A DNA stretch of 64,000 bases, from contig DF237256.1 of the NCBI GenBank assembly GCA_000708835.1, forward strand, positions 43,856 to 107,855, given 5' to 3'. The translations under genes were made by a program, and so were the position numbers. The notes below the pieces were generated by a model. The model saw only the letters and a program-made list of their open reading frames with translations, was not told the DNA's origin and did not search any database. This document shows positions 24,601 to 38,200 of the stretch, piece by piece. Each line of letters opens with the position of its first letter. Position 1 is the stretch's first letter. This DNA comes from Klebsormidium nitens (lineage: Eukaryota > Plantae > Klebsormidiophyceae).

Positions 24601-27600
24601 CCGTCACGAGATCCGAAGAAGGGCGCAGGCCTGGCTGGGCAGCCCACTCTTGCGGTCGCCCCACGAAGGACACCCGGCCGCCGTCGAGAACGACAACCAG
24701 GTCTGCTACTGACAAGGCCTGCCGGGGAAACAGTTGTTGAGAAGCACGTTGGAATTGAAAACCCTGCAGCCCTAAATGATTGAAACGCCAAAGTCTGAAA
24801 CGCGTCGGACCAGAGTACAAATGCACCAAATGCGTGTGAGGGGCAAACATACGAAAAGGATCATATCGACGAGTGCAGCAGGACTGCTTGCGCTTGTTCT
24901 TGAAATGCATTGCCGTTGCTTGAGAAGGGAAAATCCGGTACTCACATGCTACGTTTACATACACTGTCAATCGAGCGACAGTGCAATCAAGCCGACAAAC
25001 CGTTGTCTTTCAAACGTCCGCATATGCGAGTCCGCTCCATCAATCATCGTGCACCCCACTCGCTGGCCAATCGCTTGCATGAAGGATAAAAAGCAACCCC
25101 GTCAGCTGGCGCGTGGCTCACCTTCTTGTGGTGCGTGCTCAGGATGCGCGTCCGCCCGTGCATGAGCGGGCCGCAGATGGCGTGCCGCAGCAGCCAGTCT
25201 GCCACGTGGGCGTCCACGGCGCTCAGCGGATCGTCCAGGAGAACGATGGCAGACTCCTGGGAGAGGCGATTGGAAAAGGTTGAGGGTCAGGATGGGGTCA
25301 GCGTCATTGGTTAGGGAGAGACCTTGATTTCGTCAATTGTCATATCTCTCGTGGAAGGCAGGGCAAAGGTAGTAGGAGAAAGGATTCCGGTCAACTTGAA
25401 ACGAGGTTGGAGCGCACACGACCGCAAGACACACGCGTGGACTACGTTTGCTTGAGTCGAGATTCGTTCGACGCCAAAATGCCGCTAAACAAAACAGCTT
25501 CTGGTAAGAGCGTGTGCAGATCAATCCATTACTCGAATCAAGATGCACCAACGTGCACTGTTCGGAAGCAGACCTAAATACCGAGGGGATTAGTACCGTC
25601 GCCAAGTGAGCTGTTTCAATAACGTTCTCGAACGTTATTGCTTCTCGACGCAATAACTGCACGGCCCTCACCGCATAGACTGCCCGCGCCAGCGCCAGCC
25701 GTGCACGCTGGCCGCCTGAGAGGTTGCCGCCCTTTTCGGCGATTTCGGACAGGTCCCCCCCGGCCATGTCCGAAACGTCCGAATCCAGGGCGCAAGCTCG
25801 CAACACCTTGGCGTACCTGCAAAATTGTTAGGGATTGCGTACCTTGAATGATGGACACTGAACGGCTTCCAGAGATCCTTTGTGGATCAGCCTTCTTTGC
25901 GTCTTCTTGGGGTCTCCCGCCTTAAGAGAGAGGGGAGACACAGACTCGTACCCGCCCCTTGAGGATCCAGAAACAACGATAACCTGTCGAAGGCGTCTGC
26001 GGCAGCAATGAGTCCGTTCCAGCAACACGGGACGAGAGGCGTGCAAAAACGTGAAGGCTGCAACAATATACAGAACAGAAAGCACATCCGCAGCGCTCAC
26101 CTTTCGGGCAGAAAGTCGTCCCCGAAGAGCACGTTGCTGCGTACGGTGCCGGAGTGGACCCACGGCACCTGGCTGACGTAAGCCACGTCGCCCTTTGACG
26201 TCACGGCGCCCTCTGTGCACCCCGCCTCCCCCAGCACGCACGACAGCAGCGAAGACTTGCCGGAGCCGACCTGCGCTGACGTCACAATGATGCGAGGATT
26301 AGGGAACGAGGACGAAACCAGGTTCGACTAATATAGTCCCGAGAGAAAGCATTGGAACCGGCGCGGAACTCCGTTCTGCGGTACGCACCAGACAGACTGA
26401 TCGAGGACCCACATGTAGCAAGCCCCTGGGCCCAACAAATCTGGCTTAGGGGCGGTCGAAAAAGCACGGGATACCGGACCTAAGCGAATTGAGGAACCAC
26501 ATCCTGTCAACTTTCACGAAAGAAAAGTTCTAAGCGAATGTAAAGCGTACGAAGGGGGCCGTTCTCACCTGTCCCAGAATCACCACCAGCGCCCCTTTGG
26601 GCACCGCCAGCCGCACGTCCCTCAGCACCAGGGGATGTGAATCGGCACCCCTGGGCGCCCAGGAGCAGTTCACCCCTTTCAGAAAAAGCGCCGCGTCTTC
26701 TGGCTTCAGCGCCCCCGGCACGATCGGTGTGAATGGCCACCGGGGGCTCCTCGGCAGGGACGCCGAGCGGTCCAGGCTGCGCCGGGAGGTGAGAGCGGCG
26801 CTCCGAGGATCGTCGCTCCAGTCGGGGAAGAGCTCCGGGCACGAGAGGAATCGCTTCAAGCGGCGGAGCGAGACGCAGGCCTGCAGAGAAGGAGCAGAAC
26901 CCGTGTCTCGAGGACTTCTAAAAAGGGTGATGAAGGAGTTGGAAAGATAGGTTCTGCTTTTACGGCAGACATGGGCGATCCCAGCATGGCTCCTAGAGCT
27001 CTCTCGAAATTGAGCTTGAGCCCCCAACTGGAGATTCACAAGGTGGCGGGGAAGCTGGAAAGAGAGTATCTGGTCCTTCCACAGGGGAACCCGCCCTTGT
27101 GAGCTACTTGCACAGACGCTGAGCCTGCCTAAGAGGGTTCGTAGAAACTTGAAACTGGATGTTCGTTGAGCGTGAGAAAGTTCCGGATCGACCCAGGGTA
27201 GCGACGCGGCGAGGCGCTTCAAAGACGGAAAAGCGGGCGCAAAGAGAGATATGAAAGTTAAGCGAGCGGTGTAATGAGGAGCAAAACGTACCTCCACAAT
27301 TCCGTTGACGACCCAGGGGAAGGCGTTCAGCGGAGCGATCAGGACGTTGAACAGCGCCAGGCTTGTGAAGACCTGCGAGGGGCTAGGGGGACGGTCAACG
27401 ATCTACGTCGTAACACACAGTCATGCGCTGGAGATTCTACTGCAAAGGAATGAGCAAGGAACAAAGAGCAGGCGGCAGTCAAATCGAATATTGCGCAGAG
27501 TGTGGTTCTTTTGATTCTTACACCAACGCGCCAAAATCGAAATGAACTCTGAATATTGCTGGTGACGATAAGTACCTTCCAAGCCGGTTGCGGAACCAGA

Positions 27601-30600
27601 ATGGCGGGATTAAGAAAGTATCCTGCAGTAAGCCCAGAATTTCAACTCACGGTTGCTGCGTCCAGCTGGTGACCCAGGAGCGCGTAGAGGCCGAAGGTGA
27701 GGAAGCTGAACAACATGGGGGTGGACGCCCAAAAGTACACGCAGAACGCGTCCAAGTACTTGCGGACCTGCAGACGTATGCTTACATCATTTGAGAGACC
27801 CGCTACCTCAGAATATCTAGACAACAAGTCTGTCGTTTCCTGACCCCGTAGAGCTCAGAACAACGACCTCGCACCATTCCAGTCTACGAGACCCTTGGCG
27901 TGCAGTGGAATGGCTTGCGGCAACGCTGCTTGTCTTCGAAGCCGGCTGCGCATCCAATGGCAACCCCAGTTGCCGATCTCTGGCGACCACCTGCTCGAGC
28001 GCAGCAGGCAAACGGTCGCCGCAACTTACTGCCAGGCTCTTGACCTCCCGCATGCGCGCCTCCGCCACACGCGCCTCAAACAGGCCCTCCCACGCATACA
28101 TCTTGAGGGTACGGATCGAGGCCAACACCTCGCCAACGCGACGAACCCTGCACGGGGCCTGCTCGTGAATGACGGAAGGGCGAACGCCGCGCCGGTGTCG
28201 CACCAGAGTGTTCGAAGATTGAAAACGTTGGGGCAGCGCAGTTCGGCGCCCTCAAACAAATATATCGGGCCCGGTACTTTCGACACGAGAGGCGCTTTCG
28301 TGGACTGCGATGCGGGATCTCTGGACCGTTTGTTTCAGTTCATTTCCGAGAAGGAGAGGGCCTCAACTAGAAACAGTCCGCAAGAAAAATTGTAAAGCGA
28401 GGAGCCTTGAACGGGCGGCATCCGGGCTTGGCCGTACAAACTCTAGTGCTATTGAATCCTGATCAATGCGCCATTGCGAGAGCGGTTGCGTTGCTCCTGT
28501 TCTCGCGATACGCTTACCTGTCGTCCTTGTCCTTCATCATCTGCTCACTGGCGGCCCCGATCTTGTCAGCAAGCCACTTGTTGACTGCACGCAACGACAG
28601 GAATAGCTTGGATGCGACTCCTCAACCGAGGGCTTTCGAACCATTTTAGCATTGGATCTGGGCGTTCCCTCGGACAATGACCTATACTAAACAGCGCATG
28701 GCCACATTTCCTAGTCTCGCTGCTTAAGAAGTCCCACCGGATCCTCACCCGGCAGAACAAATTACCAGACGGTAGCAATGGGCTGTTAGGTTGAACGAGT
28801 TGCACAATTTGGGGGCAGCAGACTCACTGGGGATGAGCAGGATGACGACGGCCAGCCCCGCAAGGAAGGCGAACTTGACTTGCGTGTACAGCAGAAACAG
28901 GGCCACCCCAATCTGGAGCGGGAGACTGCGGCAAAATGAATTCGGTTGATGACCCCCGATGCATCGCTAGTACATCGAGAAGACTAAATTCTGACGGCTT
29001 GGAGCGACATCCGGTGCAAGCTTGGCAAATCACGGGTGGATGGGGGAGTTGAGGCAGGCTCTTTCGTAGGCTTCTGAAGAACGGGAAAAGTGACAGGGTT
29101 CGTCAACGACAAGAACCCTGTCAATCCAAGAACAACACCCGTGCTGCGATTCTTTCAAGCACGTGTATCACGGATGCGGGGACAGGCATGGATGACACGT
29201 ATCCTGGTTCTTAAGCGCCTAAGCGGAATACAACGGCTCCTATGCCGTCTGCTGGGAATCCAAGAAATAAGGGAACCATGAACCAGAGCGGCAGTGCGGT
29301 GTATCACCTCCAGAGTTCATGAACGCTGTTGCACAGATTGACGACCCGGTCCGCGTCCACCGACATCAGCGTCTGCACCTCGCCGCTCGAGAAGCAGTTG
29401 CGCTCCGCCAGGCTGACGCACAGAGCCTGCATTGGCGAACCAAGAGAAAGGGGAGTGGGAAGATTCGGAGACGAAGGAATGACGGGGCTTAAAGGAAGGT
29501 TTCGCTTCATTGGAAGCAAAAGCACCGGGTGAAGACGGGAGCCAAGCAAAGAGATGATGCGCAAGGTTTCCGACTCGTTCGGAGATGACTGGTGGACAGA
29601 TATACTAACACGAAGCCTAGTCGTACTGAATGAAGACCATCATGAGGAAGTCAACCGACTCAGGACTTTAGCGTCCAGTCTTCTTTAGATCTCCCCGGGA
29701 AACTTCACAGCCCCAGGCCAGATGCAGTTGCTCTCGAAGGAACCCAGATGTCTTGGCTGGGGTGCTTCCAAAACCTACCTTTCTGTAGACGACTGTGGTC
29801 ATGCTGGCCCGGACCCGCATGGCCAATTTGGACAGCTGGAAGCCATAATGCTGCCCCAGCAGCGCTCTACAAAAAGCAGCCAGACCTGTGAGAATTGGAG
29901 GCAACCTGGTGACACACAAAGTCTAGGTGGCCTCTCTTTACGAATTGTCTGCCAGAAAGCTGGTCAATGTGGTGAACAGTGTAAGTATCACGTGAAACTT
30001 GCAGGGTGTCACACAGCTGTACATGACTGTTGTGTCGGATCCGAGGACGTTTCCAAATGGCACGGGTTGTCAGGATGCCTCAAACACTGCCCAACTCAGA
30101 TCAAGGGAGCTTGGACTCTCCACTGAGGCTGATGGGAATCAAGCTGTTGGAAGCACCCATGATTCTTTCAAATTCTCTCAGCCTGGGGCTCAGCTGCCCC
30201 TCGCTTTCAAAAGTGCCGACCATCCCACTTTGTAGCGAAGGAGAGTCAGCTGTACTATTTTGGCACTGGCCCTGACAACAGAGAATGTTTGTCTCTGTAT
30301 TTGAGAGTTTCACCTTGCAATGGACGAGAAACCAAGAGCAGCGGCAATCCAGTATCCTTCTGCCACCGAAGTCCTCTCGGGCGCACTGTCCAGGAAGGTC
30401 ATGAGCGCGTGGAGAAGCAAGGGCCCCGCAAAGTTGAGGCCGTCCGCGAAGAGCTGTACCCAGATCCAATAAGGAGCAGAGGCAATCAAGAGGGGGGTAT
30501 GAGGATAAGTGCCAAGTGCACCCTAGTTTTGACGGGAGTCTATGCACCAATGGGGATTTTCGGGCCCTCCAAACATGTCCACAAACAGGACCCTGCGAGC

Positions 30601-31125
30601 CCACATGTAGAAAGGCTGGTGGCCTGAGAGAAGTTTGACGCCTCTGGTCACATCTCCTTGGAACAACGTCAGCCAGTGTTCGTTTGTGAAGATGATGAGG
30701 TTCCACATAAGCTCCAGATTCATGAGACAGTGGTGCGTCATGGCGCTCACTTTCAGAGACCCCAGCGCGAACAGCTGCCACCCATACGTGTGCATGAGTG
30801 CCCGCAGCAGCGACGCTTGCTGCTGCTTTTCCCGCCGCTCCTGCGCCCAAGCGGACCACAAGCGTTGACAGCACACCCGGGGCTCAAGCGACTCTTCTAG
30901 GGGGAAGAGGTCTTCTGGCTCCAGCTGTCGGCTGGCGCCCAATGCCATGAGCCCATCTACCCAGCGGAATGTGAGCGCACTCCATATGGCCCTAAACGAG
31001 GGGAGTTTCCAGGACATTGCACTTTCTTCGGTCCATTGGCGCCCAGCAGTGGCGCTCGGGTCCGGGGTGCCGGATGGGGGGAGGAAGGGCTGCAAGAGTT
31101 GGCCCCCTCTTACAGAAGATTCCAT
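18633..31125 (-). CDS. ABCC13: ABC transporter C family (MRP), ABCC13/ABCC10-like (about 23 exons)
   Basis: Lasso motif [26 protein letters not shown]1 ([37 protein letters not shown]). NBD1 [38 protein letters not shown]2 ([36 protein letters not shown]). NBD2 [40 protein letters not shown]. The true 5' end is uncertain. Confidence 0.9.
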
Positions 31126-32282
31126 CGCCGTGCGCTTGACTTTCCTCGGAGAAAGTAAAGGTGTGGAGACAGTGAGCTGAGTCAGGTCAGCGGCATTCTA
31201 GCCTGGGCTGGTACGTCAATAAGACAAGCTTGAAGGTCCCACAAACGCCACTTGTTCGCAAACGGCCATGATAGGCTGGCTGCAATACGAAACCTCATGG
31301 CACCACCATTTATTGATACTCACAGGACGGCCGCTCAAAGAGACTTAAAAATGCCGCCTGGATTCCAGTTGTGAACAACTTTTGACGCAATTTTTAGTAC
31401 CTGAGGTTGCATGCCATCGCAAGCTCAAGGTTTTCAACTTTAGCTTTTGCGCCGCGCGGGCGGCTTTTCGGGATGCGAAGGACCTTGCTGAGGAGAAGGT
31501 TTGGGGTTTACCGCTTCAAACCGACTCGCAGACTTTGGCAAACCCATCGTGGCCGTGCGATTAACACAATGGACGTCGATGTTCTTGCAGTTCAATTTTT
31601 ACCTGCTTCCACTGTTCCAGTGTCGCCGTTTTCAACAGGTACCTTCCGTGGAGAATTCTGTGACCTAGAGTACGGTATTCAGTACCTCGGTATGATGTAC
31701 CTACCTATGTGCACGGTTGCGACATGCCTAACTAGGTCAGAACCACGAGTACGTTGCTCCATTTCTCCTACCCTAGCTGCTAAAATGTGAAAACGCAGGT
31801 AACTTTAGGACTACCTACTGTACGGTTGTCACATTGGCGCAGATCTCAACAGCTCCCCCTCTTTCCACCAGAGTGCCAACCGTTGGAACCGACAATGTCG
31901 TCTTTGCTGGTGCCTCTGTGTAACGTAGGACCAGCCCCACAGACAAGCTGGCCGAGTGCATCCGCATTGCGCTGTTTGATACTGGAAAATCAAGGCATCC
32001 CCTTGCAAGCAACAAGACCTTCCCAAAGTGCAGAACGCTCGATTCAGATGAACATTGAACGTCCGAGGTCTCCGACTTGAAAGACCACAGATTGAGCGGG
32101 CACTCGTTCCTGATCGAGCTGACGGGTTTGACTCATTTCCAACTTCCGAGCTATTTTATTTTGTAAACGCCCGCACTCAGCTCGCAGCAGCGAACCATCC
32201 TAAGTGACATCTGGACTACAAACACCTGAGGAAGAGCTGAGACGGTGTCACAGGCAGGTGGTAGTGACACGGGCCAGCCAAC

Positions 32283-35200
32283 ATGGGGGCGCAGCTCGTG
32301 AGGTGAGCTCACTGCTCTCAAAAGGCAGCTCATCGAAGTGGTGCTCGAAGTGTGAAGCAATCTCAGATGGTATTGTCCTCAATAAGTTTTCCCTTCACTT
32401 GTAAGTGGGACCTTGTCACTGTTGGTGAATGCTTATGCAAGCCTTTACAAGTGCAACCAATCCCCCTCAGGTCTATCTTGAACTTGGTTGATGGAGTCGC
32501 CATATCATTCCCTCAGTGAGAGGATTCCACTCAGCAGTTGCAAAATATCTTCAGCTCCTTAAACCTTCGCTTCACCTGCTGCCAATCACCTGCTGCTTAC
32601 TGATATTTGAGCAGTTGTAGTCTGAAAAGCTTGCCCTGTGCAAATTTCTCGCCTTTTCACACCACCATCAATCAAAGCGCTTTCTATTTTCTCCTGTCTG
32701 AGCCCGGCTGTGAGCTTTCATCACTATGTAGTGTTCCACAATTGGTTGGATTGATTGCCACAGCTGCCATAGAGCTGTCCTTACCAGCTTGCATCAGAAG
32801 CTCTGAAACCCACTTTCACGACCAAAACTTGCACCTTCTATACTAAATAAAAGTGGGGGTGTGCGACACTGTGCGACCCCTCTGATTGATTTCTTCAGGT
32901 GTTTACAGCCAACCCAACCCAATAACTCAACTTCTTTTTGCTCCTAACAGGCCCCGTCGTGGCAGCCCCCGCGCCCGCACCCGCAGCAGCCTGCCACTTG
33001 GCACCTTCCTGGCGTTTGTGCTCCTGTCAATCATGCTGTACAGCGTGGCTCTGCCGGTGAACGACTCGGGGCCTCCCTCGCTGCTGCACCGCCGGATTGC
33101 AGACAAGGTCCAGTCTGCTTTTGCGAGTCTGAGCGGAGGAACGGAAAAGATATCCAGGGAGCTGCTGGGGACTGCAGAGGGGGAAGAAATTGCCGAGCAA
33201 GGGGGGGAAGAGAACGCCTTTGATGAAGAGGTGCTGCAAATAGACGGTGAGGAAAGGGCGAGTGCGCAAGTGACCATAAAAGATGAGGAAGAGAAGAACG
33301 TGTCGGCGATTGCGGGGCCCCGGAACACGAGCCACGATACCCGTTTGGTCATCAACCAAAACGTCCCCCAGTCGGTCCAGGAGGTGGCAGGACAGCAGGC
33401 GATGCACACCCCCACTTTCGAGGAAGAGGGCGAAACACAGCGCAAGCCTTTGGCGGAGGACTCGACCGCCGAAGCGGATTGCTCGAAGCAGTCTGTGACT
33501 GAAGAGGAGCCCGACTATATGGCCAACATAACCAACTACGACATGTTGTGGAAACAGGGGATGTGGTGGGTGCCGGAGCACCCCCGCCCGACGCTGACTA
33601 TCGGCGTGCTGGTGTATAAGGAGAAGGAGAGCTTGCAGGCCGCGTTTGAGACGTGGCGCAAGGCGGGGCTGCTGGAATATGCAGACGAGGTCGTGGTGTA
33701 TTACCAGGTGAGACGGCCGAAGTGGTTCTGAATGTAGAAATTTACATTCAGAACAATGAGTCTTGCTTGTGGAAGATGCGTCCACGCCTTTCCGACAAGC
33801 TTGACGGGAGTCTTTACTTCTTGGATCCACAGGGGCAGTCAAGACAAGCTACAAAAACCTATTCTGGCAAAAAGGAGGGAAAGGAGCACAGGCATCAGCA
33901 GACGCAGTCAGCCCACAATCAAAGAGTTCGCTCCTGAAACGCATTGGCAGCGGATCAAGAACAAGCAAAAAGTGGGGGCTACAAAAGGCGACTTCATCAC
34001 GACAGCTCAAAACAAAGCGCTGTAACCCCATTTTGTTTTGGTTCTGAGCGCGCGTTTTTCTCTGCTCGCAGCTACTGGACGACGACAAGCTGCATTGGTT
34101 GGACGACTTTGCACCGCTGTGCCGCGGCCCGCTGCGCGTCATCGGCAGCCCCAACAACGAGGCCCTGCTGGCGGCCACTCAGTGGGTCATTGGCAACGCG
34201 ACTATGGACTTGGTTCTGTTCCTCGAGAAGGACTGGCAGATCCTGGAGACGCCGGAAGCGACCCTGCAACGGCTGGACGACGGTGGGTTCCTTGAGCCTG
34301 CTGCCGTTGAACAAGTAATCGTCTGAAGATGGACATGAAGAGGAAGCCTCTAACAGAATCTGATGCTTGGGAGCGGCGGTCGAGGAGACGGAAAATGTCA
34401 AATCCATGCAATGGACTGTGATTGGCAGATAGCGCCCAATGTTGCTTGTTGCCCGGTCGAGGGCCGGAGCACCTGTTAAAGCAGAAAAGGCCACGATATT
34501 TTCAAGGGTGTCTAGGATGCTGTGGCCACTCTCAATAATCGAGACAAGGATTCTCTGTAGGGCATGCTGCAGATGGCGTGAACGTCCTTCTAAACTCTTA
34601 ATTCTTCCTGAACCGCAGGTAAGATGTTGCTCGAGTACGATATCGCCCACGTGGTGCGCTACCGGCACCGGACCAACCCAGGGAACCCGCTCTACTGCCA
34701 GGAGATCTACCAGGTGAGGAGCGAGCCTTGGAATCGAACTCCTTGTTCCACAGGCCTTTTGCCTTCTGAGAGTCTTTTCGTTTATTGGGCTCTCGTTTAT
34801 TGAGGCTGTGGGCCCACGAAAAACAAAGCTCGAAACTGCGCCTTCTCAATCGTCCCCCCAAACGCTCGGCTTCCGAAAGGTCCTCGCACACTCGCAGGAC
34901 TGAGGCCTAGCAAAGTAATCATACACCAAACGCTTCTCCAAGACGTACTTTTTCTAGAGCAACATTCGACGCCCTCTTGTCATGCTAAGCCAGGCCGCCA
35001 AACTCGTTAATTGCGTCCACTTGCAGGGCCGCGAGATGGAGATCTTGAACAACCAGCCGAACCTGATGTGCTGCGTACATCATTGGCTGCCCAACGCGGA
35101 GCTGGCGTCACCCAAGTACCAGCCGTACGTGTACAAGTGCCCTGCGCTACCCAAGCTTAACGGCGACAAGCACGTCATCTTCGAGCGCAACCAGGTCAGT

Positions 35201-38200
35201 TGCGACGTCAGCGCGGGCCCGAAGCGCGGTCCGCTTGGCTTCGGCCGGTTGGTTTGATTTGTGCCAGCAAAGAGAAAGCGAACGAGCCCTTCAGAGCTCA
35301 ATTTGACTGCTTGGAATACTGGCCGAAGCCTTCGACACTTTGCTCGTTCATGCTGGGACCTTCGTATCGGAGTCAAGAGTAGCGGAACAGGGAGCCAAAC
35401 AAAAGGCGTTAGAACCTTGCTACATCCCTTTTCAAACCACCAGGTGTGCATCTGCTAAATTCAAAGACTCTTCGCCTGCAGAACGACTGGTGGTGCTCGC
35501 GCGCGGAGCACTGCCTGTGGACCAACAACCCGTACTTGCTGCGCCGCGAGTGGTGGGACCGCCACTACAAGCCCATGGTGGACGCGTTGATCGACCAGTG
35601 GGACGGCTGGACGGAGCACCAGCGCGCACTGGATATCGAGTATCTCTTCGGTTGGAACCCCGCCTTCTGGAACGCTAAGGCGTGGACCATCGCGGTGGGC
35701 GAGGGCCTGTTCACACACGTGGAGAGGGCGGAGCACGTCGAGGTGAGAATGCGCTTTGAAGAGCTGGTTAGGTCATTTGCTCAGTGTGCACTGCAGGAAG
35801 ATATGAACGCAAGTGCTTCTGCCTAATTGAATGGTGGGTTCCGTGAAGATCTATCGCGTTTCCCAATAGTTCCCGAGCCTCTTACCCGAGTTCGTCGGAA
35901 GCTGACTGCCGAAAGCTCCGAAGTGAGATGGAAAGCTGACGAAGTGCGGGTCATTTGTTGGGCAGGTGGACTACAAGCAGCTGCGCGCTGAGGCCGACGA
36001 GCGGGACCGCGAGCGCGACCGGAAGCTGGCCGAGCAGAAAGCGGAAGCGGAAGGGAAGGAGAACGAGCGGCTCCGGATCGAAGCAGAGACGCGCGACCAG
36101 CAGAAGCAGGCCTTGGTAAACACTCAAACAGCCACGGAAACGGAAACCAGGGCGGCGGAAACGGAAGTCCGGGCCGCGGAAGCGAGGCAGAAGTTGAGGG
36201 GCGAGGTCTTTGGGCGCAAGGTGGGCGGAGAAGAGGGGATGGAATCCGCTGAAGAGGAAGCGGACCCGGAAGCCGAAGCGGCGGAAGGAATGGGGGTTGG
36301 CGACTCTCTGCTGTTGGAGAAGCCCACAAGTAAATTGGACGATTCGGAAGAGACAGACGTGCCGATTCATCTACGGACTGATCTTCCGATCTGGGAGCTG
36401 CACACTCAGCCGAGCGAGGAGTGGGTCCAGCGCGGCCGTCGGATACTGGACCAGTGCACCTTGGACGACCCAGATGGTGCCACGTCAGCCAGCGAGAACC
36501 CCAACCCGGCGGTTAAGGGCGACATCACCCTAGTGACCGCGCTTCTAGACCTTGGGCGGGGGGGCGAGACAAACGGGATGTTCAAGCGGGGGATGGACGA
36601 GTATTTCGCGCGGTTCCAGCGGATCTTGGACCGGGGTTTTCCGATGGTGGTGTACATGCCGGCGGAATTCCGGGAGCACCTGCGGATCGACGAGGCCCGC
36701 GTGCAAGTGCGGGAGCTGACCGTGGACGGGCTGAAAGACGAGGCCCTGTTCGGGCCGTACTGGAACGCCGTGCAGGTGAGGCCGCGGGTTTCGCAACAAT
36801 CAACGAAGTCCGCTTTGATTGCTATGGTTTCAAAGCTGCAAGCCGGAAGAATCATTTATGAGATCGTTTTAGCGGGCAAAGTTCTGATGAGTCCTTCTCC
36901 TTATTTTCGTAGGACTGCACGTGTTCCCTAGGATTGGGGATTGGAGGCAGCTCTTGGCAAGCGCATGCGTTGCCCTTCGTCTGAATACTAATACTCGCTG
37001 CACGCATCAGAAACGGGCTCCCCCCGATCATCGACTCCAGACCTTTTTCGCCTTTCAAACACCCCCCTTCTCCTCCTCTTGCCTTTCATTTCCAACCCTA
37101 TATGAAAATCAAACGCTCTAAGAATCAAATAGCCAACTGATATAAGGCCCCGTTATGCTGCAGTTGATCCGGACCAGCGACTTGTGGCAGCGGCAAGCGG
37201 CCGTGACCGGGTGGCTGGACAAGGCCCCCCAGGCAGTCCTGCTGGGCTACAACCCCCTGGTCATGTCCAAACCATTCCTGCTGCAAAAGGCGGCGCACGA
37301 GAACCCCTTCGGCACCAAATACTTCATGTGAGCGGCTAACAACGCCCCTTCGACCTAGATGCTATTGATGGCGATGTCGGGTCATCAAGTTTGAGCAACT
37401 TCGCGCTCTATGATCTACATGAGGAAACAAGTGGACTTTTGGACCGCAAGTCAGTGCTCAACCCGGACTTGAGACTAGAAAAGCTCATCCATCGTCTTTA
37501 TTGTAACCACTGTTCTGTTCTTTTCCCATCTGGAAGATAAAGCTGGGAGTACTTGATGGACGGATCGAGTACTGAGTTGTTATTCCTTGATTTGACGTCA
37601 CGCATGCGAAGTGCAAACCCTCCTTTCCAGGAGCAGATAGGCCCTGTTCGAAAAGAATGAATGAACCGTTCTTTTCCCACATGTCTCCCAGGTTCCTAGA
37701 CGCGGGCCACGCGTGCGCGACTGAGATCACCCCCGGTCAAACCAGCCTGTTCGAGGAGCACATGGACCGGTTGTTCGCCACGTATTGGCGGTACGCTTCG
37801 ACGACAGAAGTGCACGGACTTACCGACAAGGCGATGCACCTGTACATGGGCCAGCCGGAGGACCCGCTCAAGATCGTCCGGGGGGGTATCCTCGGCGGGA
37901 GAACGGCGGTGATCGACTGCCTGGTAGACGTGTACCGGGTGGTGCTCGCGCAGACGCTTGAGGACGGGTGAGAGAAAAATCCGTTTGCAAACCTCTAGTG
38001 TTCTTTGCTGGGACAGTGAAAGGACGTTTGGTTTAAAAATGACTTTCATCGGAGAAGCATGCCGACAGAGTATCTGGATGAGCCAAGCTAGTCGCAGCGT
38101 GTGAAAGGATACCGACGGAAGGAGGTTCTTGGCTTGTTTCCGCACGCTCCGCTTGGAGGGCGGCAAAATCGGAAACGGAAGTAAAGTCTAGCAAGCTTTA

